Assembly: GCA_002269645.1 (NCBI GenBank)
Contig: NIVC01000714.1
Coordinates: 399,358-463,357, forward strand
Length of the DNA stretch: 64,000 bases
DNA from: Macrostomum lignano
Lineage: Eukaryota
Reading direction: 5' to 3'
The notes beneath the pieces are model-generated. The model had not been told where the DNA came from. It saw only the letters and a list, made by a program, of their open reading frames with translations, and made no database searches. A program made the position numbers and the translations under genes. Shown piece by piece: positions 12,441 to 31,980 of this stretch (the stretch's first letter is position 1; every line of letters starts with the position of its first letter).

Positions 12441-13528
12441 TTTTACGACTGGACCTGCGTGTCTATTGCAGTTTTGCTCACTTGTAAAAAGACTATAGCT
12501 CTGTGTTGGTGTCAAATTCAATCCATTCTTCTGTGGTTTCTTCTCTCGATCCACACAGATGTACACCAATTCAATATGCTCAGTGAACAAATGAAAAGTT
12601 CTTATGGCTTAAGGTGATTTGCTCAATACTTCAGTATGAAAGAGTCAAAACTGAAACTGCTGCACAATTCTGAAAACCCTCAAAAGCATTAAAGAAGAAC
12701 TATCAAGAAACACTTTTTATATGCGTGATTCGAAGCAGAAAGCTTCCATTTTTCAAAGTTTTCTGCTACTGGACTTTTAATTGTATGATAAATCAAATTA
12801 AAAATAATTGAAGACCTCACAATACAGAAATTATACATGTAAATAACTACTGTAAGTTTTAAACGCTTTTCTGGCTGTAATGTTACGATTTAAATCAATA
12901 TTTTCGCTATGCCCTTGTAATCTATAACGAACAAATGTTTATATTAGAGTTCCACTCGTAACCAAGCTTTTCCCGGAATCTTTATCGTGCTAATAAAATA
13001 CAATCAGCTCTCCCTGTGATGATCGAGTTCACTCTTGAACACGATAAAATCAAATCTTTTCGATTTACATCAAATAAACACAATTTGCGCACAAAAAATT
13101 TTCTTTAATAACTTATCGACCTTATAGTTTCTCTCGAAAATAAAACTGTTAATTTAAAATCAATTTAAAGGAGAAATTTAGTTTTTCAATATTTTTTCCG
13201 TTACAAATCATAACAAATTGCTTAGCTCCTTCTAATATTTTGTTTTAATGTTTTTATTTACGAATTTACGTTTTTTAAACACTTACATTGATTAAGTGAC
13301 GATTCGGATTCCAGAACGCAATTTGAATAAATGAGCATTAATTTTATACTTCAATTTTAGGTATCAATATATGATTATTGCTAGAAAAAGACGGTAATTT
13401 TTTTATACCAACAAATGGTGTTCAAAAAGATAAACAAAACATGACTTAACCAAGTACCTTTACGCTCTGTACATGTACAGAAGTAGAGAAGTTTATATTT
13501 TAACAGACAAGGCTAAAAATAGGCAAAA

Positions 13529-18962
<5,434 letters not shown>

Positions 18963-19599
18963 TTCGTTTCTCTTTAATTATAGCCTTCCCCTTCAGTAAA
19001 AAAATTAATTTGCAGGTAGGACTTCTGAAACAGAGGAAAAAATTATGGTGCCAATAATGAGTTAGACAAGTCTTACACTATAGCTTAATCCAAACCTTAT
19101 TCCTCAGTGTTGTCACCTAAACAGGACTCAGCGTCTCGCTGTGATTGTTTTTTATGTAGTAAAGAAAAAATTTAAAAAATTAACTGGCACAGACGCATGT
19201 CGTGACCCAGCCAAGTGAAAATTTATTTCATCCAATTATAAACAGTTAACCCATAGGAATACACAATTGTATTGGAAGGGCTTTGAATGAAATCAATTTC
19301 GAAATATCGTTCATTTTGTTATAAATATCGGTAGCCGAGCGGACTCGTAGCGAAGAAAATTTCCAGCTCAGCTGATTTGCATACAGCAAAAAGTTGGCCT
19401 ATTTATAGAAACTGAAGTCAATAAAAATCAAAGGTTCGATTCGAAGACTCAATTGAGTTTGTTATAACTAGGAAAAATAAAACTTAACAACTAACCTGGA
19501 GCTTTGTTTTTCTCAACAAAATTAATAACTTCATGCACTATTAAAATTATCTACGAGTATTTTCAAACTCCAAATTGTAATAAAAAATCCCTGCAAGTC

Positions 19600-20410
<811 letters not shown>

Positions 20411-22980
20411 AAGTGAACAAATTTTATGGGTTTATGCATTTGGCTACTGCAATGATGTTTAGCATCTACACCTCATAACAACTAATGAATAAAAAAGTCA
20501 GCTAAGAAGTGTTTCCATGAAGAGTAAAATCCGGGATTCATCAGACCTGTAATTGTATACAGTATAATTAATAAAGTTACAGTCAAATTAAGCAGCACTA
20601 TAAGTTTCCCAAAACTATGAATAATTTTCTCCGGTTTCTCCGGAGAAAAATCTCAATTGTGAGATTTACAGTCTGACATACATGCATGTAAATGGTAGTA
20701 AACTCATACCATGAACTAGGCACTAAAAACGTTATGGTAAATCAATTCAGTTCAAACAAATGATTGTTGAGTAATTTGAGCAATTCGACGAGTAAACCAC
20801 GTCACAAATTGATGCTGAGAAGAGAAAGCCAACAATGCAACTTGCACAGAAAGCCTATAGTTAGAATAGTGAGTGTCTTGTCTTTACAAAGACAAAAGAA
20901 CAAGAACCTGCAACTTTCCTAATTATTTTATAAATAATAAAATTGCTTGTACTGAAAAAGCAAATATATTACTGATTTATATGACGCTTAAACTTAGCTG
21001 TATAGGCCAGTATAGGTCATATATGACATATATCTAAATTACTAATATTAGTTATTGATAAGAGCTGCCTAAAAATATAAATTAAGTCAACTGTTAGCCA
21101 AGCAACAATAGCTTTTGATGTTTTATTTATTCTAAACTATACGTCTGACTAAGTAACTAACCCCCTAACACATTATTTTGACAAGGTAACAAGAATGAAT
21201 GAATGAATAAATCAGTTCCGAAGACTCTCGACAAAAACTATTTTTAAAAAGGCAGATAGAATAGCGATACAAAATATGCTAGTGTCAACAATAATTGACA
21301 TATGATTTGCGCTTTATGGAACAAAAAACTAAAAATTATTCGTATTTGTCAGTACCGTAGAGGCAAAAAAATAATTTTACTACTTCTTTAAGGTTTTTGA
21401 AATAGAATTTGTTTGAATGGCTTTACAAGCGAAGATTATTTACGAGCCTAATTTAAAATATAGAAAAAGCTAGAAATAGTTAATAATCTTTATTATGAGC
21501 CTGCCTGGCTTTGTTTTTTGTGAAAGAGATAGTAATGTGAATATTAATTTGGAAATGTTTGTATTGAGAAGAAATATCTATTAATCCTAGTTCTTATGCC
21601 TCACTTAAGCTTTGAGAAGATAGCATATTATTGCATACCATAGGCCATAGCATAGCAGATAGGTGAGATAGCATAACACAGATAGCAGGCTGCAGATAGA
21701 CATGCTTAATTTGAAATTCAAAAAATATCTGCTTGCTTTAAGTTTGATTGTTGAACTGACTGGGTTAAACTAAGTACTAATCAGCTGACTTAAGTTTGGA
21801 GTCAGTTGATTATTTCAGTATTTGTATATCTACATGTATATTAACTGGCTAGCTACTAGAAGAATAGACTTTTTAGACAAGAACAAGCCAGTTGCAAAAT
21901 TATAGTTGTTGATCTAAAAGATCATAAAGCTATTGCAATGGCAATGTTTTCTACTTGCAAGAAATGCATGGTAGTTACTATTAGTTTTAAGTTTGAGAAT
22001 AGTTTTAAGGTCTTTTTAATCCTAATGCCCTTAATAATCATTCACTTATCTAGATAAAATGGTCCTATGCTAGCTATCCTAAGAGAAACTTGGTTATGTT
22101 ACTTATAGCCTTGTAAGGTATGTGTATTATTTTATTGTCATAATTATAGATAGTAGGATTTATAGAAATAATAGAATATAGGCCTATTTTAAGTTTTTTA
22201 TATTTTTGCTCTTTATTTTATAGTGAGACTAAGGGTAAAATGTTTTTTTTGCAGAACCAAACTATTAAAAGTGATTTCAATTCAACAAGCTATTGAAAGG
22301 TAACAAAAGTACTTTTGATTGATTGATTGCACTTAGACTTTTTGTTAGGCTACTATGATAAAAATATATCTATAAAAACTTGAAAAAGCTTATAAAATTT
22401 AAAGCAACAGAATATTTCAAACTGGGTTTCAGCTTTATAGCTATTTCTTCCCTCCTCTTATTGCACTCAATGTCATGGATATGCATTGAAGTATTACTCT
22501 GAAAAGTATAATATATACCCTTAGGCCTTAGGGGACAAGGCACAGTTAAGCCAAGATTCATGCTCAACTTTCATAGGCTCAATGGTCTTAGCAGTCATTT
22601 AGCAGCATTCACTACAACCAAACCTATTACTCAGTTACCATTTTGAAATATTGCTAACTTGTTGACATAATATAAGTCTATAATTGAGCTCTGGCTACAT
22701 TTTTGTTTATAGCTTTTTTACCAGTCTATTTTTATTGATGTTAAAGTTAATATAAAGAAAAGAGTTGCCACTATTAATCTATGCAAAATGATGCTATTTG
22801 GATTATTAGAATGAGAGATATAATGAAAAGTATAATATAATGCCTTTAAAGATTAATAATGAGTTAAATCAAGTATAACTAGCATATAAGTCCCTTTAAG
22901 GACTTCATTATAAACCTTGGCATCTCAGCACTTCTTAAATTTATTTAAAAACCTTTCATGATTAAGCAACAACAGTTAGA

Positions 22981-25900
22981 ATGCAGCTCGCACTGATGCA
23001 AGTATCTTCAGCTATCCTGCTATGCAGCCTGATGGTCCACTGCTGCATCGCCGACACCAACTCTGCACCTAAAAGTCTGTCATCTGCCGCTGCCAATGGC
23101 CAGCCTCGAGCCCAGCGCTCCGACGAGCTGGTAGTGAAGCTGGACTGTCAGCCAGCCCTCGCCGGACAGCCAGTTGCCTACCGGATCGAATTCCGTCAGA
23201 CATCCGACTGCACCAATGCTGCCACGATCACCATGACCGGGACCAGACAGGACCGATTCGATTCCCTTGGCGCCGCGCCTGTCTCAGCTGCAACCTGGTG
23301 GCTGTTCCGGCTTGGCGAGCTGCCTCAACAGGCTGGCACAGAGCCCAGCCTGCCGCTCCTCACTGTTAAAATGATGCCAAACTGTTCCGGACTGACTGTC
23401 AAGCCGTTGAAATCAACAGCCGGTATTGGAGACTATGCTGTGCTGGCTGACGCATCCGGCTGCTCCATAGTCAGAGTGCTCACTCTGCTGCCTAAGCTGC
23501 TCAGCAACACTCGCGGCCGCTGTCTGCTGTATGGCATACAGGGCGCTAACAGTGTTGGAGATGTTGAATCTGGCGATGCAGCCGATATGTGCATCCTGAT
23601 CCAGGAGCACGGGTACAGCAACCGGCGCAGTCTGTTTGGCGAGCTGCGGGCCGATAACAGGACATGCTCGGCTGCCGCTTCCGCCAGTGTTGGCAATGGG
23701 GACAGCTTCATCAATCGGGTCTCGGTAGTGTTCGTGTCCGTGTCCTTTGTCCTGCTGGTGGCCATCAGCGTGTCATGGATTGTGTTCTACTATGTGCAGC
23801 GGTTTCGTTACAGGCACGCTAAGAAGAGGCTCTCGGTGAGAAAGCATTGCTGCTGTTTTGGGCTGGTGATGGCCTCTCAAATTTGTCTTGATGATTGATT
23901 GGCATTGCAGCCTTCAGAATCTTCATCATTGAGAATCTTCATCATTAGGAATCTTCATCATTGAGAATCTTCATCATTCAGAATCTTTCATGATTGAGAA
24001 TCTTCATCATTCAGAATCTTTATCATTGAGAATCTTATCATTGAGAATCTTCATCATTGAGAATCTTCATCATTCAGAATCTTTATCATTGAGAATCTTA
24101 TCATTGAGAATCTTCATCATTGAGAATCTTCATCATTCAGAATCTTTCATGATTGAGAATCTTCATCATTCAGAATATTATCATTGAGAATCTTCATCGT
24201 TGAGAATCTTCATCATTGAGAATCTTCATCATTGAGAATCTTCATCATTGAGAATCTTCATCATTGAGATTCTTATCATTGAGAATCTTTATCATTGAGA
24301 ATCTTGATCATTCAGAATCTTCATCATTCAGAAACTTTATCATTGAGAATCTTCATCATTGAGAATCTTCATCATTCAGAATCTTTATCATTGAGAATCT
24401 TATCATTGAGAATCTTCATCATTGAGAATCTTCATCATTCAGAATCTTTCATGATTGAGAATCTTCATCATTCAGAATATTATCATTGAGAATCTTCATC
24501 ATTGAGAATCTTCATCATTGAGAATCTTCATCATTGAGAATCTTCATCATTGAGAATCTTCATCATTGAGAATCTTACCATTGAAAATCTTCATCATTCA
24601 GAATCTTCATCATTCAGAAACTTTATCATTGAGAATCTTCATCATTGAGAATCATCATCATTGAGAATCTTCATCATTGAGAATCTTCATCATTGAGAAT
24701 CTTACCATTGAAAATCTTCATCATTGAGAATCTTCATCATTCAGAATCTTCATCATTGAGAATCTTCATCATTGAGAATCTTCATCATTGAGAATCTTCA
24801 TCATTGAGAATCTTCATCATTGAGAATCTTCATCATTGAGAATCTTCATCATTCAGAATCTTCATCATTCAGAATCTTCATCATTCAGAATCTTCATCAT
24901 TGAGAATCTTCATCATTGAGAATCTTCATCATTGAGAATCTTCATCATTGAGAATCTTCATCATTGAGAATCTTCATCATTGAGAATCTTCATCATTGAG
25001 AATCTTCATCATTCAGAATCTTCATCATTCAGAATCTTCATCATTCAGAATCTTCATCATTGAGAATCTTCATCATTGAGAATCTTCATCATTGAGAATC
25101 TTCATCATTGAGAATCTTCATCATTGAGAATCTTCATCATTGAGAATCTTACCATTGAGAATCTTCATCATTCAGAATCTTCTTCATTCAGAAACTTTAT
25201 CATTGAGAATATTCATCATCTTTATCAGTGTTCATTTTCTTAAAATCACTCTTTCCAATATCTTTCTTAGAATCGCCAATATGTTTCTTAGAGTCGCCCA
25301 CTCCAATATCTTTCTTAAAATCGCCCATCCCAATATCTTTCTTATATTGTTCAGCTTCATGCTGAAAAATTTCCATCACAATAGTGTCAGTACGATCGCC
25401 TTATAAGGCAGTCAGAGCAGAAGCCTTGAATCAGGTAATTATTAATCTGTTATATTTGTTTTTTTCTGAAACATCTGAGATATCGATAAACACGAGAATC
25501 TATACGGGCTTCTCTGCTCCCGAGTGGAAAAAAAATTAATTAATGATCCCTGCCGAAATGCATAATCCCAAGCTCGGACTAAAGCTTCCCAGCTTTCAAA
25601 GACAGACAACCGAATCCTTCTAACTGCTTTCTACTGGGGAGGGATGTCGGTCTGGGGATAAACAAGCTGCATTCTTCTTCACCTGACGTAGATGAACGAA
25701 AATGTGAAATATAATTCTTGTTTTTTATTTAAAGCGTTTATTAATTTTTCAGTTTTAATTACTCAGAATTTGTTGTTTCTCTTTCTCTCTCTCGTCCGGT
25801 TAACTTAATAATCTAATTCGTTTTAATTAGAATGGATCCTGTCTGACCAAAAAGAGAGAGCAAATCGTCAGGCGAATCTTCCCGGGAAAATTATATCCTT

Positions 25901-26087
25901 TAATCTACAGGATTAATTATATAAGTGCCGGCCTCAGCTGCTCACGTCTCCAGCTGGGCCCCGCCTCTGTTCTATTTGCAGTAGCCTGTATCCCACGCAG
26001 AAAAGTACTGCTTTACACACTTTTTTCCTATCATGGATTGACTGACTGACTGACTGGCTGACTGACTGACTGACTGACTGGCTGACT

Positions 26088-26138
<51 letters not shown>

Positions 26139-29100
26139 TGACTGGCTGACTGACTGACTGACTGACTGACTGACTGACTGACTGACTGACTGACTTAAGT
26201 GAGTGGGTGACTGACTGACTGACTGACTTAAGTGAGTGGGTGACTGACTGACTTAAGTGAGTGGGTGACTGACTGACTGACTGACTGACTTGAGTAAGTG
26301 GGTGACTAACTGACTGACTGACTGACTAACTGACTGACTGACTGACTGCCTGACTGCCTGACTGCCTGACTGCCTGACTGCCTGACTGACTGCCTGACTG
26401 ACTGACTGCCTGACTGCCTGACTGACTGCCTGACTGACTGACTGACTGACTGACTGACTGCCTGACTGACTGCCTGACTGCCTGACTGACTGACTGACTG
26501 ACTGACTGGCTGACTGCCTGACTGACTGACTGACTGACTGACTGACTGACTGACTGACTGACTTAAGTGAGTGGGTGACTGACTGACTGACTGACTGACT
26601 TGAGTAAGTGGGTGACTAACTGACTGACTGACTGACTGACTGACTGACTGACTGGCTGGCTGGCTGACTGCCTGACTGACTGACTGACAGACTGACTGAC
26701 GGACTGCCTGACTGCCTGACTGCCTGACTGACTGCCTGACTGACTGACTGACTGACTGCCTGACTGCCTGACTGACTGCCTGACTGACTGCCTGACTGAC
26801 TGACTGACTGACTGACTGACTGCCTGACTGCCTGACTGACTGCCTGACTGCCTGACTGACTGACTGACTGACTAACTGACTGACTGACTGACTAACTGAC
26901 TGACTGACTGACTGACTGACTGCCTGACTGACTGACTGACTGTGACTTAAGTGAGTGGGTGACTGACTGACTGACTGACTGACTTGAGTAAGTGGGTGAC
27001 TGACTGACTGACTGACTGACTGACTGACTGACTGACTGGCTGGCTGGCTGGCTGACTGCCTGACTGACTGACTGACTGACTGACTGACTGACTGCCTGAC
27101 TGCCTGACTGACTGCCTGACTGACTGACTGACTAACTGACTGACTGACTGACTGACTGACTGCCTGACTGACTGACTGACTGACTGACTTAAGTGAGTGG
27201 GTGACTGACTGACTGACTGACTGACTTGAGTAAGTGGGTGACTGACTGACTGACTGACTGACTGACTGACTGACTGACTGACTGGCTGGCTGGCTGGCTG
27301 ACTGCCTGACTGACTGACTGACGGACTGACTGACGGACTGACTGACGGACTGACTGACTGCCTGACTGCCTGACTGACTGACTGACTGACTGACTGCCTG
27401 ACTGACTGACTGACTGACTGACTGACTGACTGACTGACTGACTGACTGACTGCCTGACTGCCTGACTGCCTGACTGACTAACTGACTGACTGACTGACTG
27501 ACTGACTGACTAACTGACTGACTGACTGACTGCCTGATTGACTGACTGACTAACTGACTGACTGACTGACTGACTGCCTGACTGACTGACTGCCTGACTG
27601 ACTGATTGACTGCCTGCCTGACTGCCTGTCTTACTGACTGACTGACTGCCTGCCTGACTGGCTGACTGAGTGACTGACTGACTGACTGACTGACTGACTT
27701 GAGTGAGTGGGTGACTGATCTTCTTTTTCTAACAGGACCTTCAAAGCGTGCTTTGCTCACCTGCAACGGAAATTAGCATTCTCTCCAGACTCTTTCTCCA
27801 TCAGTTTTCTTCCTTATCTATTTGGCTTTGGTTTCCTTCCGTCAATTAATTAAGTGAATTACTGAGCTTTGGCGCATTCAAGCTGATTTTAACGAACCCA
27901 ATACGAATTTCAGCAAAGACTGTGCAACGCAGCTAAAACTGCTCTGTCAAAAATTCCCGTGCGAATTCTGCAGCTGGGAGATGATGCAGTGAGTTCTCTC
28001 TCTCTCTGGATGGGTGGCTTTTTGATGTATTGTGTTTTTATTTGTACTGGTTTCCAAAGCTTTTTGATGTAAATTTATGCTTAGTTATTCTAGATACCTT
28101 CCAGATTCCAATACCCTGTTGTCAGCCTCTCAGATCCCAATGCCCTGCTGTCAGCCTCTCTGATCTCAATTCCCTGCTGTCAGCCTCTCAGATCCCAATG
28201 CCCTGCTGTCAGCCTCTCTGATCCCAATGCCCTGTTGTCAGCCTCTCTGATCCCAATGCCCTGCTGTCAGCCTCTCTGATCCCAATTCCCTGCTGTCAGC
28301 CTCTCAGATCCCAATGCCCTGCTGTCAGCCTCTCTGATCCCAATGCCCTGTTGTCAGCCTCTCTGATCCCAATGCCCTGTTGTCAGCCTCTCTGATCCCA
28401 ATGCCCTGCTGTCAGCCTCTCTGATCCCAATGCCCTGTTGTCAGCCTCTCTGATCCCAATACCCTGCTGTCAGCCTCTCAGATCCCAATACCCTGCTGTC
28501 AGCCTCTCAGATCCCAATGCCCTGCTGTCAGCCTCTCAGATCCCAATGCCCTGCTGTCAGCCTCTCAGATCCCAATGCCCTGCTGTCAGCCTCTCAGATC
28601 CCAATGCCCTGCTGTCAGCCTCTCAGATCCCAATGCCCTGCTGTCAGCCTCTCAGATCCCAATGCCCTGCTGTCAGCCTCTCAGATCCCAATGTCCTGAG
28701 AGACTTCAGGGCCGCCTGTACACCTTGCGCCCAAAATCCCCCCAACCTGAGAATCCCACCATTATTCGGACGCCTTAATTGGAAAAGGCATCGCCACCCC
28801 CGCAATTCTTCATCGCAGGAGTTGCAGTGGATTGGCGACCACTGCGCTGTGTGCATCGAGCCCTACGGCTGCGGCGACCCGGTCAGAATTTTGCCGTGCA
28901 AGTGAGTGCTCAGAATATTCTAGACAGTGTGCGCTAATCCTCTGGACAAGTAGAGAGTGACCAGTATTAAATAGTGAGTGCCCAGAATCCACTATTCAAA
29001 TAGGAGTGCTTAGAATTCCCTAGACAATTAGGAGTGCCCAGGATACACTATATAAAAAAGGAGTGCTCATAATTTTCCAGAAAAATAGGAGTGCCCAGAA

Positions 29101-31150
29101 TTCCCCTATAGAAATAGGAGTGCCCAGAATTCCCCTATAGAAATAGGAGTGCCCAGAATTCCCCTATAGAAATAGGAGTGCCCAGAATTCCCCTATAGAA
29201 ATAGGAGTGCCCAGAATTCCCCTAAAGAAATAGGAGTGCCCAGAATTCCCCTATACAAATAGAAGTGCCCAGAATTCTCCTATACTCGTAGAAATAGGAG
29301 TGCCCAGAATTCCCCTATACAAATAGAAGTGCCCAGAATTCTCCTATACTCGTAGAAATAGGAGTGCCCAGAATTCCCCTATACAAATAGAAGTGCCCAG
29401 AATTCTCCTATAGAAATAGGAGTGCCCAGAATTCCCCTATACAAATAGAAGTGCCCAGAATTCTCCTATACTCGTAGAAATAGGAGTGCCCAGAATTCCC
29501 CTATACAAATAGAAGTGCCCAGAATTCTCCTATAGAAATAGGAGTGCCCAGAATTCCCCTATACAAATAGAAGTGCCCAGAATTCTCCTATAGAAATAGG
29601 AGTGCCCAGAATTCCCCTATAGAAATAAGAGTACCCAGAATCCCACTCCCTGTAGGAAATGAACGGAGTGCCCAGAATTGCACAAATGCATAAAACGAGT
29701 GCCAAAACGGAGTGGCTGCAGAGCTTACCCCCCAAAACTAACCGCCAGGCACAAGTACCACACGCACTGCATCGACCAGTGGCTGCTGGACCAGCGCTCC
29801 TGCCCTCTGTGCAAAACTGACATCCTGAAAGCCTGCGGTCTATGGGTCAGCGGCGGCTCCCGGATCTCCCTGGATGACGTCACCATCACGCCGGCCGCCT
29901 CCCAGCAGCCTCCGTCCATTGGCATCGCCTCCACCGGCGCCTCCGCCGGCGCCACCGCTGCCGCCGCTAATCGCAACAATAATAATAATAATAGTAATAA
30001 TAATTACCACCGTCATTCGGGAGGCTGCGTGCTACATCATCATCCGCCTGATAGCGAGAATGTAAGTGACACTTTTTTGAAAGAACGATTTTTGTAAAAA
30101 TTCACCTTTTATAAATATAGTGTTATGCGTTAGACAGATGAAACCTAGCTGGTGGTGTTAGATATGGGTGTCACCTATTAGATATGGGTGTCACCTGTTA
30201 GATATGGGTGTCACCTGTTAGATATGGGTGTCACCTGTTAGATATGGGTGTCACCTGTTAGATATGGGTGTCACCTGTTAGATATGGGTGTCACCTGTTA
30301 GATATGGGTGTCACCTGTTAGATATGGGTGTCACCTGTTAGATATGGGTGTCACCTGTTAGATATGGGTGTCACCTATTAGATATGGGTGTCACCTGTTA
30401 GATATGGGTGTCACCTGTTAGATATGGGTGTCACCTGTTAGATATGGGTGTCATCTGTTAGATATGGGTGTCACCTGTTAGATATGGGTGTCACCTGTTA
30501 GATATGGGTGACACCTGTTAGATATGGGTGTCACCTGTTAGATATGAGTGTCACCTGTTAGATATGGGTGTTCACCTGTTAGATATGGGTGTCGCCTGTT
30601 AGATATGGGTGTCACCTGTTAGATATGGGTGTCACCTGTTAGATATGGGTGTCACCTGTTAGATATGGGTGTCACCTGTTAGATATGGGTTTCACCTGTT
30701 AGATATGGGTGTCACCTGTTAGATATGGGTGTCACCTGTTAGATATGGGTGTCACCTGTTAGATATGGGTGTCACCTGTTAGATATGGGTGTCACCTGTT
30801 AGATATGGGTGTCACCTGTTAGATATGGGTGTCACCTGTTAGATATGGGTGTCACCTGTTAGATATGGGTGTCACCTGTTAGATATGGGTGTCACCTGTT
30901 AGATATGGGTGTCACCTGTTAGATATGGGTGTCACCTGTTAGATATGGGTGTCACCTGTTAGATATGGGTGTCACCTGTTAGATATGGGTGTCACCTGTT
31001 AGATATGGGTGCCGCCTGTTAGCAGAAGTGACCTGACAACGGCTGAAATCGCAACACAAAAATCAACAATCATTATGCCAGCAGCTGGCAGTGGAGAGCG
31101 ACCCACCGGAGAACCCGACCGGTGCCGACCCCCTGCTGAGTGGAGTCTGA
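22981..31150 (+). CDS. Goliath / RNF130-RNF150-type PA-TM-RING-H2 E3 ubiquitin ligase
   Basis: Exon 22981-23835: signal peptide, luminal domain and [32 protein letters not shown] (cf. RNF150 [30 protein letters not shown]). Exons 28819-28901 and 29749-30061 give RING-H2 CAVCIEPY...VRILPCK|[22 protein letters not shown]. Linker exons (about 25391-25434 and from 28710) and the last exon (31082-31150) are tentative. Confidence 0.85.
23915..25215. repeat. 16-bp intronic minisatellite, about 80 copies
   Basis: Unit GAATCTTCATCATT(G/C)A. Confidence 0.95.
26038..27718. repeat. (GACT)n microsatellite with GCCT, AACT and AAGTGAGTGGGT / GAGTAAGTGGGT interruptions
   Basis: Read directly; intronic in the RING gene. 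Confidence 0.95.
28100..28693. repeat. 29-bp intronic minisatellite
   Basis: Unit CTCAGATCCCAATGCCCTGCTGTCAGCCT. Confidence 0.93.
28960..29680. repeat. 29-bp intronic minisatellite (intron splitting the RING domain)
   Basis: Unit GAGTGCCCAGAATTCCCCTATAGAAATAG. Confidence 0.93.
30158..31022. repeat. 20-bp minisatellite family A, about 43 copies
   Basis: Unit GTGTCACCTGTTAGATATGG, very homogeneous. Confidence 0.97.
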
Positions 31151-31589
31151 CCCGATCTTCTCAATTCCTTCATCAGGATTACAAGTTGAACTAAAAGCGC
31201 CATTGGAATTTGAAACGTTTAGGCAAAAGTCTAAAAAAGTTTTAACCAGTCCAATGCGCGAACTGGAAAAACGGTGGCTATTAAGCTTTTTCGAGACAAA
31301 TTTCTGAAAGTCTGGCCATCATTGTTGTTCCAATATCGATTTTTGATTCGCGTTCATTTTTGAAAAAAGTAATTATTGTTTCTTAGCAACGGAAAAGGAG
31401 AGTCGTTGGTCAAACTTGTTTGTTTTTGACGGTTTTTTCTCAATAAAAAATTCTTTTCTAACAAATCATCGTTGAGTTATTAGCTACTTCTGTGTAAGTA
31501 GTAACAGCAGAAAAAATGCGTATTTTTGTTCAAACATGTTTTTGTCATATCAATCAATTTGCGTGTATTAATTAATTAATCAACTTCAT

Positions 31590-31629
<40 letters not shown>

Positions 31630-31980
31630 CAGCTTCCCTGCTACATTTCTCTAGTCATTTGTTTCTGCGTTTTCTTCATCAATCAACACCTTCAACTAAT
31701 TTGCTTGAAACTGTTTTCTGTTTGTCTATTTTATCAATAAATCAAGTACAATCATATCAGCATGCGTTTCTATCATAGCTGGCTTGTGCTTCTGCAACTT
31801 TTATAGTCAATCTGAGGGTCTAATTAGTTTGTATAACGCCTAGCGCACTACCTACCGTATTCATAGAGTTGAATAATTATGTTTTGGGCAGTGCACATTC
31901 CGCAATATTGACTGGTCTGTCGAAACATTTTCAGCGCTAATTATTTGTAAATTTTGTGATTGTTGACATTTTTATTGCTT

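Noticed and set aside
19442-19454. CGAAGACTCAATT resembles part of the Macrostomum spliced leader as I recall it
   Set aside because: Only 13 nt, dependent on memory of the SL, with no following GT donor or Sm site; compatible with chance.
26306-27766. 486-aa SQSV-repeat ORF, and similar ORFs at 13873-14187, 33016-34351, 57330-57764, 60399-61392 and 63017-63961
   Set aside because: Stop-free translations of micro- and minisatellites, often open on several frames and strands; no domain content.
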